Translations under genes and position numbers: made by a program
Notes under the pieces: generated by a model
Databases searched by the model: none
Told to the model about the DNA's origin: nothing
What the model saw: the letters and a program-made list of their open reading frames with translations, nothing else
In this document: piece by piece, positions 7,683 through 17,635 of the stretch
Position numbering within the stretch: the first letter of the stretch is position 1
How the letters are laid out: each line of letters begins with the position of its first letter
Source: Thermoanaerobaculia bacterium
Lineage (GTDB): Bacteria; Acidobacteriota; Thermoanaerobaculia; Multivoradales; Multivoraceae
Reading direction: 5' to 3'
Length of the DNA stretch: 64,000 nt
NCBI GenBank assembly: GCA_963666565.1
Contig: OY762911.1
Span: 2,592,001-2,656,000, forward strand

Positions 7683-10600
7683 CTAAAGAAGTCGGCGCTC
7701 CTCGTCGGCGGCTCGCCGTGCGTTGAGTTCGAGCAGGCGGACGAGGACCTCGTCGCGGACTTCGTCGGGCCAGCGGTAGCGGTAGGGCTTCTTCCTGGCG
7801 CCCCAGGTCTCTTCGTCGATCTCGTAGTCGAGGAGGAACTCGCAGTCGGTGGGGATGTCGGTCCAGCCGTAGGCGTCGAGGACGGCGCGGTCCATGTTGG
7901 TGTGTAGGTCGCGGAGTTCACGGATGGCGGGGCTGGTCTCGGAGGGGTCGTGGAAGCGGTTGTAGGTCGCGGTTAGGCCCTCGTCGTTCTCGACCATTTT
8001 GGTGGCGCGCCGGTCGTAGTAGGCCCTGCCGGCGGCCTCAAGGTCGGGGCTGGTTTCCCAGTTCTCGGGGAAGGGGAAGGTCTCGAAGCAGTCTGAGGGG
8101 GTGTAGCGGAGGTCGTCTTTCATGGAGGAGCCCAAGAACCGGACCCAGAGTTCGTGGGGACGGGACTGGAGGGCGGTGAAGGCGGCGTAAGTGGGGAGAG
8201 GGAAGACGATGAAGCTCTCAGCGTAGACCATGCCGTTGGGAAGGTACGCGAAGGTGGCGTACTGGCCGACGCGCGAGACGGCGAGGATACGGTCGAGGTC
8301 GGCGATGGCGGCGTAGAGTCCGGGGCGCTTCTCGGCGTAGTGCCACCACCGCTCGCGAAGCGCCTTGCGGTTCTGGGAGTCGCGGTCCGGCTTCACCCGC
8401 TCCTCCACGACCGCCAACAACTCGGGCCAATCCGCCGCCACGGGATCTGGGTAGTCGTCGGGCACTACGCCGGATTGCCGCCATTCGCGCCGTTCCGTTT
8501 CGTCTGCTTGGTGCCACGACCGATCGAGTCGACTGCGCCGTAGCGGATAGTCCTTGAAGTTGATGATGAAGCGGTGATGAGTGTGAGCGGGGCTGGCATT
8601 GAGCTCGGCGCCGCCGATGTACGGGAAGATCGCCTCCCGGTTCTTGGGGTTGTCGGCGATCAGACGCTTCATCTCGGCAAGCGGCGTCGCCACGCCCTTC
8701 TTGTCCGTGTCGTCAAACGTGAAGCCCATTCCGAGCACGATGCTTCCTTGGAAGCTCTTGCCTGCGTTCTCGGTCAGACGCGCCGGGTCCTCGTGGCCGC
8801 CGCGGTGGAACAGGAAGGCGGTGATGGTCGGCGCTGGCTTGGCGTCCAGCAGTCTCGGGCCAGACCAGGCGCCGCGGTGGACGTGGACGACGCTGACAAT
8901 GACCGCCGCCAGTCCGGGCCACTGGACCCGCCGTCGCGCTCGGTAGATCTCGCCGCCGCTCTGGCAGATGTGGCGCAGGCCGGTGGCGCGCGTGTCGCCC
9001 TGGGCGATCGTGTTCGTGGCGATCAGGCCGAGGGCGCCACGGGCGCGCAGCAGGTCGAACGAGCGCCGGAAGAAGTGGGCGACCAGGTCGGCGTTGCCGT
9101 GGCTCCGCTCGTGGAGCTGCTGCAGCCAGTCCTTGTAGCCGGGGACGTTCGCCGCGGCGATCGTGTTCTTGCCGGCAAACGGCGGGTTGCCGACGATCCC
9201 GTCGAAGCCTGGGTTCTCGCGTTCTCCGGGCAGCAGCACTTCCGGGAACTCGATCTCCCAGTGGAACGGGGCCAGCGGTGGGCTCGCCTTGCGGAGTTCT
9301 TCGAGCCAACCGACGTAGGCGTGGGTGCCCGGAAGGCCGGTCTCGTCTTCTGTAGGCGACTGCAGGGCTTGGGCAAACTCTCGCCGCAGCGCTTCCCGCT
9401 CCTTCGGCTTCTTCCCTTCAAAGAAAGCGGCCAGCGCCAGGTCGCCGTGTCTCTTCACCCGCGCCACTTCGCTGTCGGCCTCGCGGAGCCGGTCCCGCAA
9501 CTCACGATCCGGCGTCTCGTCGCCGGCGTCCTGGATCTCCCGCCGCAGGCGTAGCGCCTTCTCGACCTGCTCGCGGATCCAGGTCGTTTCGATGCCTGCC
9601 TGGAACCTCTTCTCCCCGCCCTTCCAGTGGAACGCCCGGATCTGCTCCAGGGTCAGGCCGACAAGCGAATCGCCTTCGCGGAGCGCGTGGTCGAGGAAGG
9701 TCAGCGGGTGGTTCCTGGCCAGGGTGACGAGCCAGAGGGACAGCTTCGCCAGATCGACGGCAACGGGATTCCGGTCGACGCCGTAGAGGCAGTTCCGCGC
9801 GACCAAACGGCGGGCATGGACGATCTCGTCCTCGTCGGGCGGGATCGCGGGCACGGCGTCGTGGGCGTACCAGGAGTCCACGAGGACGTCGGCGAGTTGG
9901 CGGCAGGCTTCGACCAGGAAGGCGCCGGAGCCCATGGCGGGGTCGCAGACCTTGAGGTCGAGGATCTCGGCTGGCCGTGGCACCGCGGTTTCCGCCGCCT
10001 CCCGGCGCAGCCGGTCGAGGATCGGTTCCAAGGTGTCGCGGACGATCGGTTCGGTGAGTTCCCGCGGCGTGTAGTGCGATCCTGAGCGCCGGCGCTCTTC
10101 GCTCGGCTGGAGGATGAGATCGCCTGTGCGGACGAGGTCGGGCGTCGCGTCGCGGTCGATGGCCTTGTCCAGAGCGGCATGGAGTTCGTCGAGCGTGGCC
10201 GCGTCGCGGAGCGCCTTTGCCGCGGCGCCGGTCAGGTTGCGGTCGGTCTGCTCCCGGAGCCAGCGGACGCGGCGGCCCGGCGCCTCGGTCAGCAGCGCTT
10301 CCAGGTTCACCGTTGCCGGCGCCCCGTGCTTTTTCGCCGCCTTGATCGCGGCCGAGCGGCCTTCCGCTCGTTCGAGGCGGAAGCCCATCATGGTCTCGTA
10401 TACGGCACCGATGTGCTCTACGTCCAGCGCCCGGTAGGACAGGCGCTCCCCGTCGAGCACTAGGAGCTTGGCGAGCGCCCGGTGGATCGTGCCGTCGGAG
10501 ACGAGGGGCGCGGCGACGCGCTCATGGTTCTGTGCCACCGCGCCCAGCGGCCGGCCCTCTAGGAACGTGTAGCGGTCCGGGTCGAAGAGGACGCCGTGCC

Positions 10601-11708
10601 GGGGCGGCAGACGCAGCTTTGCACCCTTCGCGCCGTCGTGGATCATGCGGAACAGCGCGAGCAACTGGGCCCAGGCGCCGAAGCGCTGGTCCATCGTGTC
10701 TGGGTGGAGCGCGGCGTCGGCCCGGAGCCGGTCGTGGAGACCGGCCAGGGAGTAGTGGCGAACGAACGTCTCGTCCTCCGAGAGCAGATCGCGCTCTTCC
10801 GCGAAGAGCAGGAAGACGAGCCTGAGAACGACCGTGAGCAGGCCCCGGTAGATGCCGCCGGGGTCTTCGCGCAACTGGTCGTTCAGCAGGTCGCCGCGCG
10901 AGGCGTCGTGGGCGGCCTGGAATCCCCGCAGCAGCTCGTAGAGCGCGTGCAGCACCTGCACCGCGAGCTTCTCGCTGACCTCGTTCTGGTACTTCCGGCT
11001 GTCGGCGAGCAGGGCGGCGAGCCGCTGGTTCCTCGGCAGGGCCAGCAGCCGGCGCTCGTTCAGCAGCAGCCGGAGCGCGGTGCAGATGGGGCGCCCGGCC
11101 GGAAGCAGCATGTCGGCGACGCGGAAGTCCATCCAGCCGGAGCTCTCGCCCCGCGGGGCCGAGACGAGTCGAAGGGAACGGCCGTTGAAGAGCAGGCCGG
11201 CGGGGACGTTCTTCGCCCGGAGCAGGCGCTCCAGCCGGCTGTGGGGCGAGGCCTCGAGCCGGCCGGCGTCGGCCGCGACCCGATCGAAGTCCTGGCCGGT
11301 CTCAAGGGTTCGCACCAGCAGTTGCCAAGCCGAGCCGCCCTCTTCCGGTTCGCGCTCGCGGACCCCGAAGTCCGGGCGCAGGGTTTCACCGTAGTCCGGT
11401 AATTGAAGGCTCAGTTCGTCCGGCAGCGAGGCGCCGAGGCCGCCGGCGTAGCCCCTGGGCGAGAACTTCCAGTCGAGCACGGAGCGGGCGAACTTCTCGA
11501 AGTCGGGCAGGAAGGGCCGCGGCGCCTCGCCTTCTCCGAACCGCCGCTCTTCGACGGCTGCCTGCAGGCGCTGCTGGCCCTCCCGGTCGCTTCGCTGCAG
11601 CACGACGCCGGCCTTGTCCAGCGCCGGGGCCGAGACGACAAGCCCGGTCGGCTGAACGAAGCCGAGCCACTCCAGGTGCGCGAGCGTGTTCGCGTTCGGT
11701 CGGGCCAT
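7683..11708 (-). CDS. drmMI: DISARM class 1 DNA adenine methyltransferase DrmMI
   Basis: GSHYTP, motif I DPAMGSGAFL, motif IV GNPPF, C-terminal YTPSDCFETFPFP; 1341 aa; directly downstream of drmD. Confidence 0.85.
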   Translation of the reverse strand: MARPNANTLAHLEWLGFVQPTGLVVSAPALDKAGVVLQRSDREGQQRLQAAVEERRFGEGEAPRPFLPDFEKFARSVLDWKFSPRGYAGGLGASLPDELSLQLPDYGETLRPDFGVREREPEEGGSAWQLLVRTLETGQDFDRVAADAGRLEASPHSRLERLLRAKNVPAGLLFNGRSLRLVSAPRGESSGWMDFRVADMLLPAGRPICTALRLLLNERRLLALPRNQRLAALLADSRKYQNEVSEKLAVQVLHALYELLRGFQAAHDASRGDLLNDQLREDPGGIYRGLLTVVLRLVFLLFAEERDLLSEDETFVRHYSLAGLHDRLRADAALHPDTMDQRFGAWAQLLALFRMIHDGAKGAKLRLPPRHGVLFDPDRYTFLEGRPLGAVAQNHERVAAPLVSDGTIHRALAKLLVLDGERLSYRALDVEHIGAVYETMMGFRLERAEGRSAAIKAAKKHGAPATVNLEALLTEAPGRRVRWLREQTDRNLTGAAAKALRDAATLDELHAALDKAIDRDATPDLVRTGDLILQPSEERRRSGSHYTPRELTEPIVRDTLEPILDRLRREAAETAVPRPAEILDLKVCDPAMGSGAFLVEACRQLADVLVDSWYAHDAVPAIPPDEDEIVHARRLVARNCLYGVDRNPVAVDLAKLSLWLVTLARNHPLTFLDHALREGDSLVGLTLEQIRAFHWKGGEKRFQAGIETTWIREQVEKALRLRREIQDAGDETPDRELRDRLREADSEVARVKRHGDLALAAFFEGKKPKEREALRREFAQALQSPTEDETGLPGTHAYVGWLEELRKASPPLAPFHWEIEFPEVLLPGERENPGFDGIVGNPPFAGKNTIAAANVPGYKDWLQQLHERSHGNADLVAHFFRRSFDLLRARGALGLIATNTIAQGDTRATGLRHICQSGGEIYRARRRVQWPGLAAVIVSVVHVHRGAWSGPRLLDAKPAPTITAFLFHRGGHEDPARLTENAGKSFQGSIVLGMGFTFDDTDKKGVATPLAEMKRLIADNPKNREAIFPYIGGAELNASPAHTHHRFIINFKDYPLRRSRLDRSWHQADETERREWRQSGVVPDDYPDPVAADWPELLAVVEERVKPDRDSQNRKALRERWWHYAEKRPGLYAAIADLDRILAVSRVGQYATFAYLPNGMVYAESFIVFPLPTYAAFTALQSRPHELWVRFLGSSMKDDLRYTPSDCFETFPFPENWETSPDLEAAGRAYYDRRATKMVENDEGLTATYNRFHDPSETSPAIRELRDLHTNMDRAVLDAYGWTDIPTDCEFLLDYEIDEETWGARKKPYRYRWPDEVRDEVLVRLLELNARRAADEERRLL

Positions 11709-11749
11709 CGGCTACCGCAAAGTACGCAGGGGAATCGAGCCAGGCGAGG

Positions 11750-14700
11750 TCAGTTCGTCTCGGGCCACAGGTAGACGATGCCGAGCGGCTCGACCGGCGG
11801 CACGGCGCGGACTTCGTAGAAGTCGCGTACGCGGCGGGGCTCGCGGTCCAGATCGCGGTCGAACTGGTCCAGGCGGCGGCGCCAGGAGTTCATGTCGGCC
11901 AGGAGTTGCCGCTCTTCGGCCTGGCTGAAGGCCAGGGTTCGCTGCTTCAGCGCCGATTGGCGTCGTTCCAGTTCGCCGCCGACGTGGCCGCGCTGGTGTT
12001 CGAGCGTCTCGCGGAGCTCCCGGCTCTCGCGTTCGCCGCGCTCGCGCAGACGCTCGGTCGCCGACTTCTCCATCGCGCGGGCGCGGGTCTCCAACTGCGG
12101 CCGGAGTTCGTCCACGTCGCGCGGCGCGGAGCCGAGCAGTCGGCGGACGACGACGTCGTTCACCGGGCGACCGCCGGAACGCGCCAGCGACTGTTCGAGC
12201 AGGTCGAGGGCACGGATTTCCGCGTCGCGCGCGTAGGCGGCGAGCGGGGCGTCGCGCCTCCCCGGTTCGACCCAGCGGGCCGCTGCCGTCACGATCTCCT
12301 CGTGCAGCCGTTCGGCGCGCCGGCCGTAGAGGGTCAGCCGGCCGAGCAGGACGACGCGGGGAATCGAATCCGCCGACTGGGCAAGACAGGCGCGCGAGAG
12401 GTCGTGATGCACGAAGCCCTGGGAGCGGAAGCGGGCCAGCAGACGCTGGGCGACGCGCTGTTCGAGATGAAGGTGAACCGTGTCGTCGGTGAGGATGCCG
12501 GGATCCTGGAACACGACCGGGCGCGGCGGTTCTTCCTTCCGCCATTCGGTGAGCTTCTGGTTGCGGCGTCGTGGTCGGCGCAAGGAGTCGAGGGTGCCTG
12601 CCCAGCTCGGGTCGGCGTGGGTCTGACCGTCCAGAGCGGGGAAGGTCCAAACCTTGCCGTTGTCTTCGCTCCGCGTTTGCCGCAACGGCGCCGCGCCGGC
12701 GATTTCGAGCGAACACGACAGAGCGTCGCGGAAGGCGTTCTCCTCGAACTGAACCCACTGGCGGGACCGCTGCAGGAGGTCCCGGCAACGCGCGATCTGG
12801 CCCTTCAGGTCGTCCCGGCGTTGGCGCGCGGCCTCGAGTTCTTCGTTGACCAGGCGCCGGCGCTCGGCGTCGATGTCGGCCCGCTCGATCTCGCGGGCCA
12901 GTCGGCCGGCGTCACGGTGGCGGATGCCGCTCTTCGTCAGGCGGCGTTCCACCGCGTCGTCTATGACCTGGGACAGGCTGCCGAGCTCGGTCTTGATGGT
13001 CTCCGTCTTCCTGACGAGAACCTGGAGTACGCGGTCCTCGGCGCGCTGGGGCAGGACGAAGTAGTGACAGCGGACCTCGGGCGCCTGCTGGAGCTTGCGG
13101 TCGATACGGCCGTTTCGCTGCTCGATGCGGCCGGGATTCCAGGGCAAGTCGAAGTGGAACAGGTCCGTGCAGTGAGCCTGGAAGTTCAGTCCCTCGCGGG
13201 CGGCGTCGGTCGCCAGGAGGATGCGAAGCGGCTCGTCCTTCGGGTCGGTGTTGAACCGGCGCTGGATCTCGCGCCGCCGGGGTCCGCGAGTGAGTCCGTC
13301 GATCGTCACGATCCGTTCCTCCGCGCGGTCGGTGGAGGCGATCGCGTCGTCGAGCATCGCGCGGAGGTAGCGCTTCGTGCCCTCCCGGTTCTCGGTAAAG
13401 ACGAGGAGGCGGCGGTCGTTCCAGCGCGGCGGCGGGGAGCCGGCGGGGAGCGCTTGGCCCAGGGGCGGCAGGCCGGGGCAGAGGTGTTCGCGGATCCAGT
13501 CGACGAGTTCGCGGGTCTTCGCGTCGGGCCTGCCGCGAGCTTGCTCGGCGATTCGCTGCATCCGATCGAGCAGGTCGTTCTCGCGCTGGAGGGGGCTGCC
13601 CTCAGCCCGTTCGGCTCCGTGTGCGGACTCGGCCGAGGCGTTCAGGTCGCGGATCTGGGCCTCCTCCTCTCGGTCGGCTTCTTCGCCCGTAAAGGCCGCG
13701 CGGTCCTCGTCGCCTTCTTCCCCGGCCAGCCACGAGCCCGAGACGAAACGCTCCGTCCGGTCCGAGCCGCCGCTCCGCCCGGCGGCGTCCGCTGCCTTCC
13801 GGCGCCGGCGCTCGAGCGTGCCGCGGTGCGTCCTCAGGCTGCGCGCGAACGCCTCGATGGAGGACAGCAGCCGCTGCTGAAGGCCGACGACGAGCAGACC
13901 GGAGGCGGCGCGGGCCGACTGCGGCGCCGCCTGGAACCGCTCCTCGCGGGCCTCGCGGTACTCGTCGAGCAGGCGGGAGAGCAGGAGTTCGGGGGCGTCC
14001 TCGGGGAGATCGTCGATCTTCACGGGCACGACGCGGCGTCTCGGAAAGCCGCCCTGGACGTCGCGGATGTCCTCCTTCAGGCGGCGCACCATCACGGCTT
14101 CGAGCGACCGCTTGCGCACCTTGACCCCGCGGGTGAAGCGGTTCGGGTCCAGCAGTTCGAGCAGCGTGGAGAAGCTGTTCGAGTGGCCGTTGTGGGGCGT
14201 CGCCGAGAGGAAGAGCCGGTGCTCGAAGCGGCCGCTGAGGTCGCGAACGGCGCGGGTGAACTTCGACTCGATGCCGTAGCGGCCGCCGCTGGCAGGGGCG
14301 GCATGGTGGGCCTCGTCGAGGATCAGCAGGCTCCCGGAGAGCACCGGTCCCAACCACTCGCGCATCGGGTCGGCGTAGGTGGCGTCGCGCAGCAGGCTGT
14401 GCGAGACGAGGAAGCGGCTGTGAGTCCGCCACGGATTGACGCCGAAGCCCCGCTCGCGCCGCATGCGCGTGAACCAGGCGCGGTCGAGGATCTCGAACAG
14501 CAGCCCGAACCGTTCCTCCATCTCGGCTTGCCACTGTTCGAGGACGGAACTCGGCGCGGAGACGACGATCGTCTTGACCTTCTTGCGGAGCAGCAGCTCG
14601 CGGGCGATGAGGCCTGCCTCGATCGTCTTGCCCAGGCCGGTGTCGTCCGCAATGAAGAGGTTGACGCGGGGCATCCGCAGCGCCTTGCGCAGCGGCTCCA

Positions 14701-15088
14701 TCTGGTAGGCGTCCAGCTTGATGCCGGCCCGGAACGGCGCCTGGAAGAGGTTCGGATCCGTGGCGGTGACGCAGTTCCATCGGAGCGTGTGCAGGAAGGC
14801 TGCGAAGCGGCGCGGCGTGTCGAAGCCCTTGGCGGCAAGTTCGCCCCAGCCTTCCTGCTTCAGGATGCGCCGGTCGATCTCGTGGTTCCAGAAGACCTCG
14901 ATCTCCTCGCCCTGGGCGTCGTCTTCGGCGCAGGCGAGACGGACGACGGAGGAGTGGCCGGGCTTCTCGCCCGGTTGAACGTCCTCCACGAGCCAGCGAC
15001 GTGAGCGGACGTGGACGAGTTGGCCGACTTCCGGGTCGCGTTCGGGGAGCTCGCGTTCAGGAAACGGGGAAGCGGCTGGGGGCGTCAT
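11750..15088 (-). CDS. drmD: DISARM SNF2-like helicase DrmD
   Basis: IADDTGLGKT, LDEAHH, LSATPHNG, TDAAREGLN, PWNPGRIEQRNGRIDR; N-terminal GQLVHVRSRRWLVE and C-terminal GIVYLWP typical of DrmD. Confidence 0.9.
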   Translation of the reverse strand: MTPPAASPFPERELPERDPEVGQLVHVRSRRWLVEDVQPGEKPGHSSVVRLACAEDDAQGEEIEVFWNHEIDRRILKQEGWGELAAKGFDTPRRFAAFLHTLRWNCVTATDPNLFQAPFRAGIKLDAYQMEPLRKALRMPRVNLFIADDTGLGKTIEAGLIARELLLRKKVKTIVVSAPSSVLEQWQAEMEERFGLLFEILDRAWFTRMRRERGFGVNPWRTHSRFLVSHSLLRDATYADPMREWLGPVLSGSLLILDEAHHAAPASGGRYGIESKFTRAVRDLSGRFEHRLFLSATPHNGHSNSFSTLLELLDPNRFTRGVKVRKRSLEAVMVRRLKEDIRDVQGGFPRRRVVPVKIDDLPEDAPELLLSRLLDEYREAREERFQAAPQSARAASGLLVVGLQQRLLSSIEAFARSLRTHRGTLERRRRKAADAAGRSGGSDRTERFVSGSWLAGEEGDEDRAAFTGEEADREEEAQIRDLNASAESAHGAERAEGSPLQRENDLLDRMQRIAEQARGRPDAKTRELVDWIREHLCPGLPPLGQALPAGSPPPRWNDRRLLVFTENREGTKRYLRAMLDDAIASTDRAEERIVTIDGLTRGPRRREIQRRFNTDPKDEPLRILLATDAAREGLNFQAHCTDLFHFDLPWNPGRIEQRNGRIDRKLQQAPEVRCHYFVLPQRAEDRVLQVLVRKTETIKTELGSLSQVIDDAVERRLTKSGIRHRDAGRLAREIERADIDAERRRLVNEELEAARQRRDDLKGQIARCRDLLQRSRQWVQFEENAFRDALSCSLEIAGAAPLRQTRSEDNGKVWTFPALDGQTHADPSWAGTLDSLRRPRRRNQKLTEWRKEEPPRPVVFQDPGILTDDTVHLHLEQRVAQRLLARFRSQGFVHHDLSRACLAQSADSIPRVVLLGRLTLYGRRAERLHEEIVTAAARWVEPGRRDAPLAAYARDAEIRALDLLEQSLARSGGRPVNDVVVRRLLGSAPRDVDELRPQLETRARAMEKSATERLRERGERESRELRETLEHQRGHVGGELERRQSALKQRTLAFSQAEERQLLADMNSWRRRLDQFDRDLDREPRRVRDFYEVRAVPPVEPLGIVYLWPETN

Positions 15089-15158
15089 TCTGGCCGGTAC
15101 AAGGGGGCTGGCACGCGACCGAGCGTGTTTTCGGGGCGAACAACATACACGGGATGAA

Positions 15159-15178
15159 TGCTATTGGGCCGAATAGCA
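15159..15178. promoter_or_regulatory. AT-rich inverted repeat upstream of drmD (operator or weak terminator)
   Basis: TGCTATT-gggccg-AATAGCA in the 122-nt gap between the acyl-CoA dehydrogenase stop and the drmD start. Confidence 0.4.
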
Positions 15179-15210
15179 CAAATGGCGAGCGCGGGAGTTG
15201 GCTTGTTTCC

Positions 15211-16263
15211 TCAGCCGTACATCACCGCCGCGGCCTGCTCCCGCAGCGCCGTCGGGTTTCCCATCATCTGGCGGTCGTAGCCGACGCGCTTGTAGAAGAT
15301 GTGCATGTCGCACTCGTGGGTGAAGCCGATGCCGCCGAAGACCTGGGTGGTCAACGTGACGGCGTTCGTCGCGACTTCGGTGGCGTGGGCCTTCAGCAAG
15401 GGGGCGAGGTGGTCGATCTCGTCGGACTCCTGGTCCCAGGCGTCGGCGGCGTGCCAGAGCAGGGACTGGACGGGCTCGACTTCGGCCAGGACCTCGGCGC
15501 AGATGTGCTTGACCGCCTGGAAGGAGCCGATGATGCGCTCGAACTGCTTGCGCTCCCTGGCGTAGTCCACCGCGATCTGGAGCCCTTTCTGGGCGGCGCC
15601 CAGGGCGTCGGCCGCCAGGGCGATCCGGGCCGCCTGGACGGCGCGGCGGGTCGATTCGGCGCTGCCGCCGAGGTTCTCGGCCGCTCCGAGGTCGATCCCG
15701 GAGAAGGTGACCTCGGCGACTCGCCGGGTGTCGTCGACGGTATCGAGCGGCGTGATGTCGATGCCGGAGATGGACGCGTCGAGCACGTACAGGCTGCCCC
15801 CCGATTCGAGGAGAAAAGCGTCGGCCCACGCCGCATCGGGCACGTAGAGGGCGGCGCCTTCGATCCGGCCGTCGTCGACCGGCGCGTCGAGGATCGGCGC
15901 GACCAGCGTTCCGCCCTCGGCGATCCCCTCGAGCAGTTCGTTCCGGCGTTCGCCCGCGTCCGCGCCGGCAAGCAGCAGCGGCGCCAGAACGCAGGCCGAG
16001 TGGAAGTTGACCGGCGCCGCGGCGCGGCCGATCTCCTGGGCCGCGATCCCGGCCTCCTGCAGCCCGAGTTCCGCGCCGCCCCGGTCCATGTCGATCAGCA
16101 GGCCGGCGATTCCCTGGTCGCCGAGCTGGCCGTGGATCGCCTCGTCGCGGCCCGAGTCCGAGTCCATGACGGAGCGAACGCGTTCGATGCCCACATCCTG
16201 GGCGAGAAAGCGGGCGATCGTGTCGCGGAGCAGTTCCTGCGGCTGCGTCAGGCCAAAGTCCAT
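15211..16263 (-). CDS. Acyl-CoA dehydrogenase family protein (short, beta-subunit-like)
   Basis: MDFGLT start, RKQFERIIGSFQAVKH, QVFGGIGFTHE. Confidence 0.9.
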   Translation of the reverse strand: MDFGLTQPQELLRDTIARFLAQDVGIERVRSVMDSDSGRDEAIHGQLGDQGIAGLLIDMDRGGAELGLQEAGIAAQEIGRAAAPVNFHSACVLAPLLLAGADAGERRNELLEGIAEGGTLVAPILDAPVDDGRIEGAALYVPDAAWADAFLLESGGSLYVLDASISGIDITPLDTVDDTRRVAEVTFSGIDLGAAENLGGSAESTRRAVQAARIALAADALGAAQKGLQIAVDYARERKQFERIIGSFQAVKHICAEVLAEVEPVQSLLWHAADAWDQESDEIDHLAPLLKAHATEVATNAVTLTTQVFGGIGFTHECDMHIFYKRVGYDRQMMGNPTALREQAAAVMYG

Positions 16264-16324
16264 GCCGGACTCCTCTTGCGGTTTGCGGCGCGGTTCGTTC
16301 GGGTGGGGCGGCGGCCGGATGGAC

Positions 16325-17518
16325 TCAGGCCGCGGCCGGCTTCGGCTCCCGCGGCAGGCCGAGCCCCCGCTCGCCGATGATGTTCTTCTGGATCTGGGCG
16401 GTGCCGCCGCCGATGATGAGCCCCAGGGCGTACATGTAGTTGCGCTGCCAGTTGCCGTAGTCGCGCACGTGCTTCGAGCCGCGCTTGAGCACGCCCCGCT
16501 CGGCCATCGCGTCGATCGCCAGGGCGCAGACGTCGTAGTTCAACTGGCAGTTGTTCAGCTTGACGATCAAGCCGCCGGCGCCGGAGTCGCGCTTCTTCAG
16601 CATGTCGGTGAGCAGCCGCAACTGGTGGTACTTCATCGCCTGCACGCGGCCCTCCAGCCTGGCCAGGCGGTCGCGGTAGACGGGGGAGTCGATGAGCCCG
16701 GTCTCGCGCAGGATGTCGACGCAGCCGGAGAGGTAGTTCTCGGTCGCGTTCGACCGGCCCAGCATGTTCCGCTCGTAGCGCAGCGTGTAGGTGCCGACCT
16801 CCCAGCCCTGACCGGGGCGGCCGATCACGTTCGTGGCCGGCACCCGCACGTCGGTGAAGAACACCTCGTTGAAGGAGGCGTCGCCGGTCATCGTCATCAG
16901 CGGTCGGACCTCGATGCCCGGGGTGTCCATCGGCAGCACGAGGTAGCTGATGCCCGCGTGCTTGCCGGCATCCGCCTCGGTGCGGATCAGCGCGAACATC
17001 ATCTCCGCTTCCTTCGCGCCGCTCGTCCAGATCTTCTGGCCGTTGATCACGTACTCGTCGCCGTCGAGGCGCGCCGAGGTGCGGAGCGACGCAAGGTCCG
17101 AGCCGGAGCCGGGCTCGCTGTAGCCCTGGCACCAGATCATCTCGCCGCGGATCGTGGGCCGGATCAGGTCCTGCTTCTGGTCTTCGCGGCCGTAGTGCAG
17201 CAGGGTGGGCACGAACATGCTGATGCCCTGGTTCTCCATGCCGAGCGAGATGCCGGCGTCCTGGAACTCCTTCTCGATCACCAGGCCGGCGAGCGGGTCG
17301 GGATCGTGGCCGGCGCCGCCGTACCGCTGCGGGATCGTGCGGGCGGCGTAGCCGGCGTCGACCAGTCGTCCCTGCCACTCGAGGGTTCGCGCCCGGACCT
17401 CGGAGGCGTCGCCGCCGAAGCCGGGACCCGCCGGCACGACGGCGTCTTCGTTGGAGGCGAAGAAGGAGCGGATCTCTTCGCGGAGGGAGTCGTACTCGGT
17501 GCCGATCGATGTGTCCAT
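16325..17518 (-). CDS. Acyl-CoA dehydrogenase family protein
   Basis: WCQGYSEPGSGSDLASL, NGQKIWTS, FNEVFF, IGGGTAQIQKNIIGERGLGLPREP; start MDTSIG at 17518 within the long track ORF. Confidence 0.9.
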   Translation of the reverse strand: MDTSIGTEYDSLREEIRSFFASNEDAVVPAGPGFGGDASEVRARTLEWQGRLVDAGYAARTIPQRYGGAGHDPDPLAGLVIEKEFQDAGISLGMENQGISMFVPTLLHYGREDQKQDLIRPTIRGEMIWCQGYSEPGSGSDLASLRTSARLDGDEYVINGQKIWTSGAKEAEMMFALIRTEADAGKHAGISYLVLPMDTPGIEVRPLMTMTGDASFNEVFFTDVRVPATNVIGRPGQGWEVGTYTLRYERNMLGRSNATENYLSGCVDILRETGLIDSPVYRDRLARLEGRVQAMKYHQLRLLTDMLKKRDSGAGGLIVKLNNCQLNYDVCALAIDAMAERGVLKRGSKHVRDYGNWQRNYMYALGLIIGGGTAQIQKNIIGERGLGLPREPKPAAA

Positions 17519-17635
17519 GATGGGCGCGACTCTATCGCGGGCGCGACCTTCGTCGGCGAGCCCGGAGGTTCGGAGTAAGCTTGGCCGCCGCGGCATTCCG
17601 GCGGGCCACGACATGGGAAGGACGGCGCGAGCGAT

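Noticed and set aside
7683-11708. BREX PglX or stand-alone type IIG restriction-modification enzyme
   Set aside because: The context of upstream drmD and downstream drmA fits DISARM class 1; no pglZ or brxC in the window
11906-15004. 1032-aa plus-strand ORF
   Set aside because: Antisense shadow of drmD; typical of high-GC codon bias; no motifs
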